Source of the DNA: Eledone cirrhosa
Taxonomy: Eukaryota
Direction of reading: 5' to 3'
Assembly (NCBI GenBank): GCA_964016885.1
Contig: OZ024743.1
Span: forward strand, 208,320,001 to 208,384,000
DNA length: 64,000 nt
Under the pieces are notes generated by a model. It was not told the DNA's origin. It worked only from the letters and a program-made list of their open reading frames with translations, and did not search any database. Positions 14,390-29,370 of the stretch are shown here, in pieces. Each line of letters begins with the position of its first letter. Position 1 is the first letter of the stretch. Position numbers and translations under genes: made by a program.

Positions 14390-16500
14390 CTATAGGCACA
14401 CATGAAAGCTCTTCACTCCATAAGATATACCACAGTTTACCATCCTATAGCCACACATGAAAACTCTTCACTCTATAAGATATACCACAGTTTACCATCC
14501 TATAGCGACAGATGAAAGCTCTTCAATCCATAAGATATACTACAGTTTAGTATCCTATAGCCACAGATGAAAGCTCTTAACTTCATAAGATATACCACAG
14601 TTTACCATCCTATGGTCACAGATGAAACCTCTTCACTCCATAAGATATACCACAGTTTACCATCCTATGGCCACACATGAAAGCTCTTCACTCCATTAGA
14701 TATACCACACTTTACCATCCTATAGCCACAGATGAAAGCTCTTCATTCCATAAGATATACCACAGTTTACAATCCTATAGCCACACATGAAAGCTGTTCA
14801 CTCCATAACATATACCACAGTTTACCATCCTATAGCCACACATGAAAGCTCTTCACTCCATAAGATATACCACAGTTTACCATCCTATAGGAAAACATGA
14901 AAGCTCTTCACTCCATAAGATATACCACAGTTTACTATCCTATGGCCACAGATGAAAGCTCTTCACTCCATAAGATATACCAAAGTTTACCACCCTCTGG
15001 CCACAGATGAAAGCTCTTCACTCCATAACATATACCACAGTTTACCATCATATAGCCACACATGAAAGCTCTTCACTCCATAAGATATACCACAGTTTAC
15101 CATCCTATAGCCACAGATGAAAGCTCTTCACTCCATAAGATATACCACAGTTTACCATCCTATAGGCACACATGAAAGCTCTTCACTCCATAAGATATAC
15201 CACAGTTTACCATCCTATAGCCACACATGAAAGCTCTTCACTCTATAAGATATACCACAGTTTACCATCCTATAGCCACACATGAAAGCTCTTCACTCCA
15301 TAAGATATACCACAGTTTACCATCCTATAGCAAAACATGAAAGCTCTTCACTCCATAAGATATACCACAGTTTACCATCCTATAGCCACACATGAAAGCT
15401 ATTCACTCCATAAGATATACCACAGTTTACCATCCTATAGCCACACATGAAAGCTCTTCACTCCATACGATATACCACAGTTTACCATCCTATAGGAAAA
15501 CCTGAAAGCTCTTCACTCCATAAGATATACCACAGTTTACCATCCTATAGGCACACATGAAAGCTCTTCACTCCATAAGATATACCACAGTTTACCATCC
15601 TATAGCCACACATGAAAACTCTTCACTCTATAAGATATACCACAGTTTACCATCCTATAGCGACAGATGAAAGCTCTTCAATCCATAAGATATACTACAG
15701 TTTAGTATCCTATAGCCACAGATGAAAGCTCTTAACTTCATAAGATATACCACAGTTTACCATCCTATGGTCACAGATGAAACCTCTTCACTCCATAAGA
15801 TATACCACAGTTTACCATCCTATGGCCACACATGAAAGCTCTTCACTCCATTAGATATACCACACTTTACCATCCTATAGCCACAGATGAAAGCTCTTCA
15901 TTCCATAAGATATACCACAGTTTACAATCCTATAGCCACACATGAAAGCTGTTCACTCCATAACATATACCACAGTTTACCATCCTATAGCCACACATGA
16001 AAGCTCTTCACTCCATAAGATATACCACAGTTTACCATCCTATAGGAAAACATGAAAGCTCTTCACTCCATAAGATATACCACAGTTTACTATCCTATGG
16101 CCACAGATGAAAGCTCTTCACTCCATAAGATATACCAAAGTTTACCACCCTATGGCCACAGATGAAAGCTCTTCACTCCATAACATATACCACAGTTTAC
16201 CATCATATAGCCACACATGAAAGCTCTTCACTCCATAAGATATACCACAGTTTACCATCCTATAGCCACAGATGAAAGCTCTTCACTCCATAAGATATAC
16301 CACAGTTTACCATCCTATAGGCACACATGAAAGCTCTTCACTCCATAAGATATACCACAGTTTACCATCCTATAGCCACACATGAAAGCTCTTCACTCTA
16401 TAAGATATACCACAGTTTACCATCCTATAGCCACACATGAAAGCTCTTCACTCCATAAGATATACCACAGTTTACCATCCTATAGCAAAACATGAAAGCT
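14390..16500 (+). repeat. Near-identical tandem duplication, period 1,155 bp (21 monomers)
   Basis: gcgacag is at 14505/15660. Both copies share, in order, aaactcttcactcta, tacagtttagtatcc, ggtcacagatgaaacct, ccattagatataccacac and gctgttca. Confidence 0.9.
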
Positions 16501-17859
16501 CTTCACTCCATAAGATATACCACAGTTTCCCATCCTATGGCCACAGATGAAAACTCTTCACTCCATAAGATATACCACAGTTTACCACCCTATGGCCACA
16601 GATGAAAGCTCTTCACTCCATAAGATATACCACAGTTTACCATCCTATAGCCACGCCACGGATGAAAGCTCTTCACTCCATAAGATATACCACAGTTTAC
16701 CATCCTATAGCCACACATGAAAGCTCTTCACTCCATAAGATATACCACAGTTTACCATCCTATAGCCACACATGAAAGCTCTTCACTCCATAAGATATAC
16801 CACAGTTTACCATCCTATAGCCACACATGAAAGCTCTTCACTCCATAAGATATACCACAGTTTACCATCCTATTGCCACAGATGAAAGCTCTTCACTCCA
16901 TAAGATATAGCACAGTTTACCATCCTATAGCCACAGATGAAACCTCTTCACTCCATAAGATATACCACAGTTTACCGTCCTATAGCCACACATGAAAGCT
17001 CTTCACTCTATAACATATACCACAGTTCACCATCCTATAGCCACACATGAAAGCTCTTCACTCCATAAGATATACCACAGTTTACAATCCTATAGCCACA
17101 CATGAAAGCTCTTCACTCCATAACATATACCACAGTTTACCATCCTATAGCCACACATGAAAGCTCTTCTCTCCATAAGATATACCACAGTTTACCATCC
17201 TATAGCCACACATGAAAGCTCTTCACTCCATAAGATATACCACAGTTTACCATCCTATAGCCACAGATGAAAGCTCTTCACTCCATAAGATATACTACAG
17301 TTTACCATCCTATAGCCACACATGAAAGCTCTTCACTCCATAGGATATACCACAGTTTACCATCCTATAGCCACACATGAAAGCTCTTCACTCCATAAGA
17401 TATACCAAAGTTTACCACCCTATGTCCACAGATGAAAGCAGTTCACTCCATAACATATACGACAGTTTACCATCATATAGCCACACATGAAATCTCTTCA
17501 CTCCATAAGATATACCACAGTTTACCATCCTATAGCCAGATGAAAGCTCTTCACTCCATAAGATATACCACAGTTTACCATCCCATAGCCACACATTAAA
17601 GCTCTTCATTCCATAAGATATACCACAGTTTAACATCCTATGGCCACAGATGAAAGCCCTTCACTCCATAACATATACCACAGTTTACCATCATATAGCC
17701 ACACATGAAAGCTCTTCACTCCATAAGATATACCACAGTTTACCATCCTATAGCCACACATGAAAGCTCTTCACTCTATAAGATATACCACAGTTTACCA
17801 TCCTATAGCCACACATGAAAGCTCTTCACTCCATAAGATATACCACAGTTTACCATCCT

Positions 17860-19790
17860 ATAGCAAAACATGAAAGCTCTTCACTCCATAAGATATATCA
17901 TAGTTTACCATCCTATGGCCACAGATGAAAGCTCTTCACTCCATAAGATATACCACAGTTTACCATCCTATAGCCACGCCACGGATGAAAGCTCTTCAAT
18001 CCATAAGATATACCACAGTTTACCATCCTATAGCCACACATGAAAGCTCTTCACTCCATAAGATATACCACAGTTTACCATCCTATTGCCACAGATGAAA
18101 GCTCTTCACTCCATAAAGATATACCACAGTTTACCGTCCTATAGCCACACATGAAAGCTCTTCACTCCATAACATATACCACAGTTTACCATCCTATAGC
18201 CACACATGAAAGCTCTTCACTCCATAAGATATACCACAGTTTACAATCCTATAGCCACGCTTGAAAGCTCTTCACTCCATAACATATACCACAGTTTACC
18301 ATCCTATAGCCACACATGAAAGCTCTTCACTCCATAAGATATACCACAGTTTACCATCATATAGCCACACATGAAAGCTCTTCACTCCATAAGATATACC
18401 ACAGTTTACCATCCTATAGCCACACAGGAAAGCTCTTCACTCCATAAGATATACCACAGTTTACCATCCTATAGCCACAGATGAAAGCTCTTCACTCCAT
18501 AAGATATACCACAGTTTACCATCCTATAGCTAGATGAAAGCTCTTCACTCCATAAGATATACCACAGTTTACCATCCTATAGCCACAGATGAAAGCTCTT
18601 CACTCCATAAGATATACCACAGTTTACCATCCTATAGCCACACAAGAAAGCTCTTCACTCCATAAGATATACCACAGTTTACCATCCTATAGCCACACAT
18701 GAAAGCTCTTCACTCCATAAGATATACCACAGTTTACCATCCTATAGCCACACATGAAAGCTCTTCACTCCATAAGATATAACACAGTTTACCATTCTAT
18801 GGCCACAGATGAAAGCTCTTCACTCCATAAGATATACCACAGTTTACCATCCTATAGCCACAGATGAAAGCTCTTCGCTCCATAAGATATAACACAGTTT
18901 ACCATCCTATAGCCACAGATGAAAGCTCTTCACCCCATAAGATATACTACAGTTTACCATCCTATAGCAAAAGATGAAAGCTCTTCACTCCATAAGATAT
19001 ACGACAGTTTATCATCCTATAGCCACAGATGAAAGCTCTTCACTCCATAAGATATACCACAGTTTACCATCCTATAGCCAGATGAAAGCTCTTCACTCCA
19101 TAAGATATACCAAAGTTTACCATCCCATAGCCACACATGAAAGCTCTTCACTCCATAAGATATACCACAGTTTAACATCCTATGGCCACAGATGAAAGCT
19201 CTTCACTCCATAAGATATACCACAGTTTACCATCCTATAGCCACACATGAAAGCTCTTCACTCCATAAGATATACCACAGTTTACCATCCTATAGCCACA
19301 GATGAAAGCTCTTCACTCCATAAGATATAACACAGTTTACCATCCTATAGCCACTAATGAAAGCTCTTCACCCCATAAGATATACCACAGTTTACCATCC
19401 TATAGCCACAGATGAAAGCTCTTCAATCCATAAGATATACCACAGTTTAGTATCATATAGCCACAGATGAAAGCTCTTAACTTCATAAGATATACCACAG
19501 TTTACCATCCTATGGTCACAGATGAAACCTCTTCACTCCATAAGATATACCACAGTTTACCATCCTATGGCCACACATGAAAGCTCTTCACTCCATAAGA
19601 TATACCACAGTTTACCATCCTATAGCCACAGATGAAAGCTCTTCATTCCATAAGATATACCACAGTTTACAATCCTATAGCCACACATGAAAGCTGTTCA
19701 CTCCATAACATATACCACAGTTTACCATCCTATAGCCACACATGAAAGCTCTTCACTCCATAAGATATACCACAGTTTACCATCCTATAG
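17860..19790 (+). repeat. Dispersed copy of block ~4540-6480 (offset 13,322 bp)
   Basis: The gctagATG junction is at 5212/18534 and the ORF pair at 5652/18974. Ordered markers shared: cattctatgg, caccccataa..tactac, gcaaaagatg, cactaatg, tttagtatc. Confidence 0.82.
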
Positions 19791-20449
19791 CCACACATGA
19801 AAGCTCTTCACTCCATAAGATATACCACAGTTTACCATCATATTGCCACAGATGAAAGCTCTTCACTCCATAAGATATAGCACAGTTTACCATCCTATAG
19901 CCACAGATGAAACCTCTTCACTCCATAAGATATACCACAGTTTACCGTCCTATAGCCACACATGAAAGCTCTTCACTCCATAACATATACCACAGTTCAC
20001 CATCCTATAGCCACACATGAAAGCTCTTCACTCCATAAGATATACCACAGTTTACAATCCTATAGCCACACATGAAAGCTCTTCACTCCATAAGATATAC
20101 CACAGTTTACCATCCTATAGCCACACATGAAAGCTCTTCACTCCATAAGATATACCACAGTTTACCATCCTATAGCCACACATGAAAGCTCTTCACTCCA
20201 TAAGATATAACACAGTTTTCCATCCTATAGCCACAGATGAAAGCTCTTCACTCCATAAGATATACTACAGTTTACCATCCTATAGCCACACATGAAAGCT
20301 CTTCACTCCATAAGATATACCACAGTTTACCATCCTATAGGAAAACATGAAAGCTCTTCACTCCATAAGATATACCACAGTTTACCATCCTATAGCCACA
20401 GATGAAAGCTCTTCACTCCATAAGATATACCACAGTTTACCATCCTATA

Positions 20450-22520
20450 GGCACACATGAAAGCTCTTCACTCCATAAGATATACCACAGTTTACCATCC
20501 TATAGCCACACATGAAAGCTCTTCACTCTATAAGATATACCACAGTTTACCATCCTATAGCCACAGATGAAAGCTCTTCAATCCATAAGATATACCACAG
20601 TTTAGTATCCTATAGCCACAGATGAAAGCTCTTAACTTCATAAGATATACCACAGTTTACCATCCTATGGTCACAGATGAAACCTCTTCACTCCATAAGA
20701 TATACCACAGTTTACCATCCTATGGCCACACATGAAAGCTCTTCACTCCATAAGATATACCACAGTTTACCATCCTATAGCCACAGATGAAAGCTCTTCA
20801 TTCCATAAGATATACCACAGTTTACAATCCTATAGCCACACATGAAAGCTGTTCACTCCATAACATATACCACAGTTTACCATCCTATAGCCACACATGA
20901 AAGCTCTTCACTCCATAAGATATACCACAGTTTACCATCCTATAGGAAAACATGAAAGCTCTTCACTCCATAAGATATACCACAGTTTACTATCCTATGG
21001 CCACAGATGAAAGCTCTTCACTCCATAAGATATACCACAGTTTACCATCATATAGCCACACATGAAAGCTCTTCACTCCATAAGATATACCACAGTTTAC
21101 CATCCTATAGCCACAGATGAAAGCTCTTCACTCCATAAGATATACCACAGTTTACCATCCTATAGGCACACATGAAAGCTCTTCACTCCATAAGATATAC
21201 CACAGTTTACCATCCTATAGCCACACATGAAAGCTCTTCACTCTATAAGATATACCACAGTTTACCATCCTATAGCCACACATGAAAGCTCTTCACTCCA
21301 TAAGATATACCACAGTTTACCATCCTATAGCAAAACATGAAAGCTCTTCACTCCATAAGATATACCACAGTTTCCCATCCTATGGCCACAGATGAAAACT
21401 CTTCACTCCATAAGATATACCACAGTTTACCACCCTATGGCCACAGATGAAAGCTCTTCACTCCATAAGATATACCACAGTTTACCATCCTATAGCCACG
21501 CCACGGATGAAAGCTCTTCACTCCATAAGATATACCACAGTTTACCATCCTATAGCCACACATGAAAGCTCTTCACTCCATAAGATATACCACAGTTTAC
21601 CATCCTATAGCCACACATGAAAGCTCTTCACTCCATAAGATATACCACAGTTTACCATCCTATAGCCACACATGAAAGCTCTTCACTCCATAAGATATAC
21701 CACAGTTTACCATCCTATTGCCACAGATGAAAGCTCTTCACTCCATAAGATATAGCACAGTTTACCATCCTATAGCCACAGATGAAACCTCTTCACTCCA
21801 TAAGATATACCACAGTTTACCGTCCTATAGCCACACATGAAAGCTCTTCACTCCATAACATATACCACAGTTCACCATCCTATAGCCACACATGAAAGCT
21901 CTTCACTCCATAAGATATACCACAGTTTACAATCCTATAGCCACACATGAAAGCTCTTCACTCCATAACATATACCACAGTTTACCATCCTATAGCCACA
22001 CATGAAAGCTCTTCACTCCATAAGATATACCACAGTTTACCATCCTATAGCCACACATGAAAGCTCTTCACTCCATAAGATATACCACAGTTTACCATCC
22101 TATAGCCACAGATGAAAGCTCTTCACTCCATAAGATATACTACAGTTTACCATCCTATAGCCACACATGAAAGCTCTTCACTCCATAGGATATACCACAG
22201 TTTACCATCCTATAGCCACACATGAAAGCTCTTCACTCCATAAGATATACCAAAGTTTACCACCCTATGGCCACAGATGAAAGCAGTTCACTCCATAACA
22301 TATACGACAGTTTACCATCATATAGCCACACATGAAATCTGTTCACTCCATAAGATAAACCACAGTTTACCATCCTATAGCCAGATGAAAGCTCTTCACT
22401 CCATAAGATATACCACAGTTTACCATCCCATAGCCACACATTAAAGCTCTTCACTCCATAAGATATACCACAGTTTAACATCCTATGGCCACAGATGAAA
22501 GCCCTTCACTCCATAAGATA
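20450..22520 (+). repeat. Copy of block ~15550-17680 (offset ~4,900 then 4,845 bp)
   Basis: tttcccatcc is at 16526/21371 and the minus-strand ORF pair at 17412/22257. Both copies share gttcacc, ccatagg and aagcagttca..tacgac. Confidence 0.85.
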
Positions 22521-24389
22521 TACCACAGTTTACCATCCTATAGCCACACATGAAAGCTCTTCACTCCATAAGATATACCACAGTTTACCATCCTATAGCC
22601 ACAGATGATAGCTCTTCAATCCATAAGATATACCACAGTTTACCATCCTATAGCCACAGATGAAAGCTCTTAACTTCATAAGATATACCACAGTTTACCA
22701 TCCTATGGCCAAGATGAAAGCTCTTCACTCCATAAGATATACCACAGTTTACCATCCTATGGCCACACATAAAGCTCTTCACTCCATAAGATATACCACA
22801 GTTTACCATATTATAGCCACACATGAAAGCTCTTCACTCCATAAGATATACCACAGTTTACCATCCTATAGCCACACATGAAAGCTCTTCACTCCATAAG
22901 ATATACCACAGTTTACCATCCTATAGCCACACATGAAAGCTCTTCACTCCATAAGATATACCACAGTTTACCATCCTATAGCCACGCCACAGATGAAAGC
23001 TCTTCACTCCATAAGATATACCACAGTTTACCATCCTATAGCCACACATGAAAGCTCTTCTCTCCATAAGATATACCACAGTTTACCATCATATAGCCAC
23101 ACATGAAAGCTCTTCACTCCATAAATATACCACAGTTTACCATCCTATAGCCACAGATGAAAGCTCTTCACTCCATAAGATATACCACAGTTTACCATCC
23201 TATAGGCACTCATGAAAGCTCTTCACTCCATAAGATATACCACAGTTTAACATCCTATAGCCACACATGAAAGCTCTTCACTCTCTAAGATATATCACAG
23301 TTTACCATCCTATAGCCACACATGAAAGCTCTTCACTCCATAAGATATACCACAGTTTACTATCCTATAGCAAAACATGGAAGCTCTTGACTCCATAAGA
23401 TATACCACAGTTTACCATCCTATAGCCACGCATGAAAGCTCTTCACTCCATAAGATATACCACAGTTTACCATCCTATAGCCATGCCACGGATGAAAGCT
23501 CTTCACTCCATAATATATACCACAGTTTACCATCCTATAGACACACACGAAAGCTCTTCACTCCATACGATATACCACAGTTTACCATCCTATTGCCACA
23601 GATGAAAGCTCTTTACTCCATAAGATATACCACAGTTTACCATCCTATAGCCACACATGAAAGCTCTTCACTCCATAAGATATACCACAGTTTACCATCC
23701 TATAGCCACACATGAAAGCTCTTCACTCCATAAGATATACCACAGTTTACCATCCTATAGCCACAGATGAAAGATCGTCACTCCATAAGATATACCACAG
23801 TTTACCATCCTATAGCCACACATGAAAGCTCTTCACTCCGTAAGATATACCACAGTTTACCATCATATAGCCACACATGAAAGCTCTTCACTCCATAAGA
23901 TATACCACAGTGTACCATCCTATAGCCACACATGAAAGCTATTCACTCCATAAGATATACCACAGTTTACCATCCTATAGCCACACATGAAAGCTCTTCA
24001 CTCCATAAGATATACCACAGTTTACCATCCTATAGGAAAACCTGAAAGCTCTTCACTCCATAAGATATACCACAGTTTGCCATCCTATGGCCACAGATGA
24101 AAGCTCTTCACTCCATAACATATACCACAGTTTACCATCATATAGCCACACATGAAAGCTCTTCACTCCATAAGATATACCACAGTTTACCATCCTATAG
24201 CCACAGATGAAAGCTCTTCACTCCATAAGATATACCACAGTTTACCATCCTATAGGCACACATGAAAGCTCTTCACTCCATAACATATACCACAGTTTAC
24301 CATCCTATAGCCACACATGAAAGCTCTTCACTCTATAAGATATACCACAGTTTACCATCCTATAGCCACACATGAAAGCTCTTCACTCC

Positions 24390-24800
24390 ATAAGATATAC
24401 CACAATTTACCATCCTATAGCAAAACATGAAAGCTCTTCACTCCATAAGATATACCACAGTTTACCATCCTATGGCCACAGATGAAAGCTCTTCACTCCA
24501 TAAGATATACCACAGTTTACCATCCTATAGCCACGCCACGGATGAAAGCTCTTCACTCCATAAGATATACCACAGTTTACCATCCTATAGCCACACATGA
24601 AAGCTCTTCACTCCATAAGATATACCACAATTTACCATCCTATAGCAAAACATGAAAGCTCTTCACTCCATAAGATATACCACAGTTTACCATCCTATGG
24701 CCACAGATGAAAGCTCTTCACTCCATAAGATATACCACAGTTTACCATCCTATAGCCACGCCACGGATGAAAGCTCTTCACTCCATAAGATATACCACAG
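24390..24800 (+). repeat. Nested 225-bp (4-monomer) tandem duplication, also present in the second 9.17-kb copy at ~33510-33920
   Basis: cacaattt is at 24401/24626, each followed by gcaaaac, tatggcc and gccacgccacgg. The offset 225 equals 3x55+60. Confidence 0.88.
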
Positions 24801-27029
24801 TTTACCATCCTATAGCCACACATGAAAGCTCTTTACTACATAAGATATACCACAGTTTACCATCCTATAGCCACACATGAAAGCTCTTCACTCCATAAGA
24901 TATACCACAGTTTACCATCCTATAGCCACACATGAAAGCTCTTCACTCCATAAGATATACCACAATTTACCATCCTATAGCCACACATGAAAGCTCTTCA
25001 CTCCATAAGATATACCACAGTTTACCATCCTATAGCCACACATGAAAGCTCTTCACTCCATAAGATATACCACAGTTTACCATCCTATAGCCACGCCACG
25101 GATGAAAGCTCTTCACTCCATAAGATATAACACAGTTTACCATCCTATAGCCACACATGAAAGCTCTTCACTCCATAAGATATACCACAGTTTACCATCC
25201 TATTGCCACAGATGAAAGCTCTTCACTCCATAAGATATACCACAGTTTACAATCCTATAGCCACACATGAAAGCTCTTCACTCCATAACATATACCACAG
25301 TTTACCATCCTATAGCCACACATGAAAGCTCTTCGCTCCATAAGATATACCACAGTTTACCATCCTATAGCCACACATGAAAGCTCTTCACTCCATAAGA
25401 TATACCACAGTTTACCATGCTATAGCCACACATGAAAGCTCTTCACTCCATAAGATATACCACAGTTTACCATCCTATAGCCACAGATGAAAGCTCTTCA
25501 CTCCATAAGATATACCACAGTTTACCATCCTATAGCCACACATGAAAGCTCTTCACTCCATAAGATATAACACAGTTTACCATCCTATAGCCACACATGA
25601 AAGCTCTTCACTCCATAAGATATAACACAGTTTACCATCTTATAGCCACAGATGAAAGCTCTTCACTCCATAAGATATACCACAGTTTACCATCCTATAG
25701 CCACACATGAAAGCTCTTCACTCCATAAGATATACCACAGTTTACCATCCTATAGCCACACATGAAAGCTCTTCACTCCGTAAGATATACCACAGTTTAC
25801 CATCCTATAGCCACAGATGAAAGCTCTTCACTCCATAAGATATACCACAGTTTACCATCCTATAGCTAGATGAAAGCTCTTCACGCCATATGATATACCA
25901 CATTTTACCATCCTATAGCCACAGATGAAAGCTCTTCACTCCATAAGATATACCACAGTTTACCATCCTATAGCCACACATGAAAGCTCTTCTCTCCATA
26001 AGATATACCACAGTTTACCATCCTATAGCCACACATGAAACCTCTTCACTCCATAAGATATACCACAGTTTACCATCCTATAGCCACACATGAAAGCTCT
26101 TCACTCCATAAGATATACCACAGTTTACCATCCTATAGCCACAGATGAAAGCTCGTCACTCCATAAGATATACCACAGTTTACCATCCTATAGCCACACA
26201 TGAAAGCTCTTCACTCCATAAGATATACCACAGTTTACCATCATATAGCCACCCATCAAAGCTCTTCACTCCATAAGATATACCACAGTTTACCATCCTA
26301 TAGCCACACATGAAAGCTATTCACTCCATAAGATATACCACAGTTTACCATCCTATAGCCACACATGAAAGCTCTTCACTCCATAAGATATAGCACAGTT
26401 TACCATCCTATAGCCACGCCACGGATGAAAGCTCTTCACTCCATAAGATATACCACAGTTTACCATCCTATAGCCACACATGAAAGCTCTTCACTCCATA
26501 AGATATACCACAGTTTACCATCATATAGCCACACATGAAAGCTCTTCACTCCATAAGATATACCACAGTTTACCATCCTATAGCCACTGATGAAAGCTCT
26601 TCACTCCATAAGATATACCACAGTTTACCATCCTATAAGCACTCATGAAAGCTCTTCACTCCATAAGATATACCACAGTTTACCATCCTATAGCCACACA
26701 TGAAAGCTCTTCACTCTATAAGATATATCACAGTTTACCATCCTATAGCCACACATGAAAGCTCTTCACTCCATAAGATATACCACAGTTTACTATCCTA
26801 TAGCAAAACATGAAAGCTCTTCACTCCATAAGATATACCACAGTTTACCATCCTATGGCCACAGATGAAAGCTCTTCACTCCATAAGATATACCACAGTT
26901 TACCACCCTATGGCCACAGATGAAAGCTCTTAACTCCATAAGATATACCACAGTTTACCATCCTATAGCCACGCATGAAAGCTCTTCACTCCATAAGATA
27001 TACCACAGTTTACCATCCTATAGCCACAC

Positions 27030-29370
27030 ATGCAAGCTCTTCACTCCATAAGATATACCACAGTTTACCATCCTATAGCCACGCCACGGATGAAAGCTCT
27101 TCACTCCATAATATATACCACAGTTTACCATCCTATAGACACACACGAAAGCTCTTCACTCCATAAGATATACCACAGTTTACCATCCTATTGCCACAGA
27201 TGAAAGCTCTTCACTCCATAAGATATACCACAGTTTACCATCCTATAGCCACACATTAAAGCTCTTCACTCCATAAGATATACCACAGTTTACCATCCTA
27301 TAGCCACATATGAAAGCTCTTCACTCCATAAGATATACCACAGTTTACCATCCTATAGCCACAGATGAAAGCTCGTCACTCCATAAGATATACCACAGTT
27401 TACCATCCTATAGCCACACATGAAAGCTCTTCACTCCATAAGATATACCACAGTTTACCATCATATAGCCACACATGAAAGCTCTTCACTCCATAAGATA
27501 TACCACAGTTTACCATCCTATAGCCACAGATGAAAGCTATTCACTCCATAAGATATACCACAGTTTACCATCCTATAGCCACACACGAAAGCTCTTCACT
27601 CCATAAGATATACCACAGTTTACCATCCTATAGGAAAACCTGAAAGCTCTTCACTCCATAAGATATACCACAGTTTACCATCCTATGGCCACAGATGAAA
27701 GCTCTTCACTCCATAAGATATACCAAAGTTTACCACCCTATGGCCACAGATGAAAGCTCTTCACTCCATAACATATACCACAGTTTACCATCATATAGCC
27801 ACACATGAAAGCTCTTCACTCCATAAGATATACCACAGTTTACCATCCTATAGCCACAGATGAAAGCTCTTCACTCCATAAGATATACCACAGTTTACCA
27901 TCCTATAGCCACACATGAAAGCTCTTTACTCCATAAGATATACCACAGTTTACCATCCTATAGCCACACATGAAAGCTCTTCACTCCATAAGATATACCA
28001 CAGTTTACCATCCTATAGCCACACATGAAAGCTCTTCACTCCATAAGATATACCACAGTTTACCATCCTATAGCCACACATGAAAGCTCTTCACTCCATA
28101 AGATATACCACAGTTTACCATCCTATAGCCACACATGAAAGCTCTTCACTCCATAAGATATACCACAGTTTACCATCCTATAGCCACACATGAAAGCTCT
28201 TCACTCCATAAGATATACCACAGTTTACCATCCTATAGCCACGCCACGGATGAAAGCTCTTCACTCCATAATATATACCACAGTTTACCATCCTATAGAC
28301 ACACACGAAAGCTCTTCACTCCATAAGATATACCACAGTTTACCATCCTATTGCCACAGATGAAAGCTCTTCACTCCATAAGATATACCACAGTTTACCA
28401 TCCTATAGCCACACATTAAAGCTCTTCACTCCATAAGATATACCACAGTTTACCATCCTATAGCCACATATGAAAGCTCTTCACTCCATAAGATATACCA
28501 CAGTTTACCATCCTATAGCCACAGATGAAAGCTCGTCACTCCATAAGATATACCACAGTTTACCATCCTATAGCCACACATGAAAGCTCTTCACTCCATA
28601 AGATATACCACAGTTTACCATCATATAGCCACACATGAAAGCTCTTCACTCCATAAGATATACCACAGTTTACCATCCTATAGCCACACATGAAAGCTAT
28701 TCACTCCATAAGATATACCACAGTTTACCATCCTATAGCCACACATGAAAGCTCTTCACTCCATAAGATATACCACAGTTTACCATCCTATAGGAAAACC
28801 TGAAAGCTCTTCACTCCATAAGATATACCACAGTTTACCATCCTATGGCCACAGATGAAAGCTCTTCACTACATAAGATATACCAAAGTTTACCACCCTA
28901 TGGCCACAGATGAAAGCTCTTCACTCCATAACATATACCACAGTTTACCATCATATAGCCACACATGAAAGCTCTTCACTCCATAAGATATACCACAGTT
29001 TACCATCCTATAGCCACAGATGAAAGCTCTTCACTCCATAAGATATACCACAGTTTACCATCCTATAGCCACACATGAAAGCTCTTTACTCCATAAGATA
29101 TACCACAGTTTACCATCCTATAGCCACACATGAAAGCTCTTCACTCCATAAGATATACCACAGTTTACCATCCTATAGCCACACATGAAAGCTCTTCACT
29201 CCATAAGATATACCACAGTTTACCATCCTATAGCCACACATGAAAGCTCTTCACTCCATAAGATATACCACAGTTTACCATCCTATAGCCACACATGAAA
29301 GCTCTTCACTCCATAAGATATACCACAGTTTACCATCCTATAGCCACACATGAAAGCTCTTCACTCCATA
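27030..29370 (+). repeat. Nested 1,160-bp (21-monomer) tandem duplication, also present at ~36200-38540
   Basis: ORF pairs 26975/28135 and 36146/37306 are 1,160 apart. The ordered markers gacacacacga, tattg, cattaaa, catatg, ctcgtc, gctatt and ggaaaacctg repeat. The offset 1160 equals 20x55+60. Confidence 0.92.
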
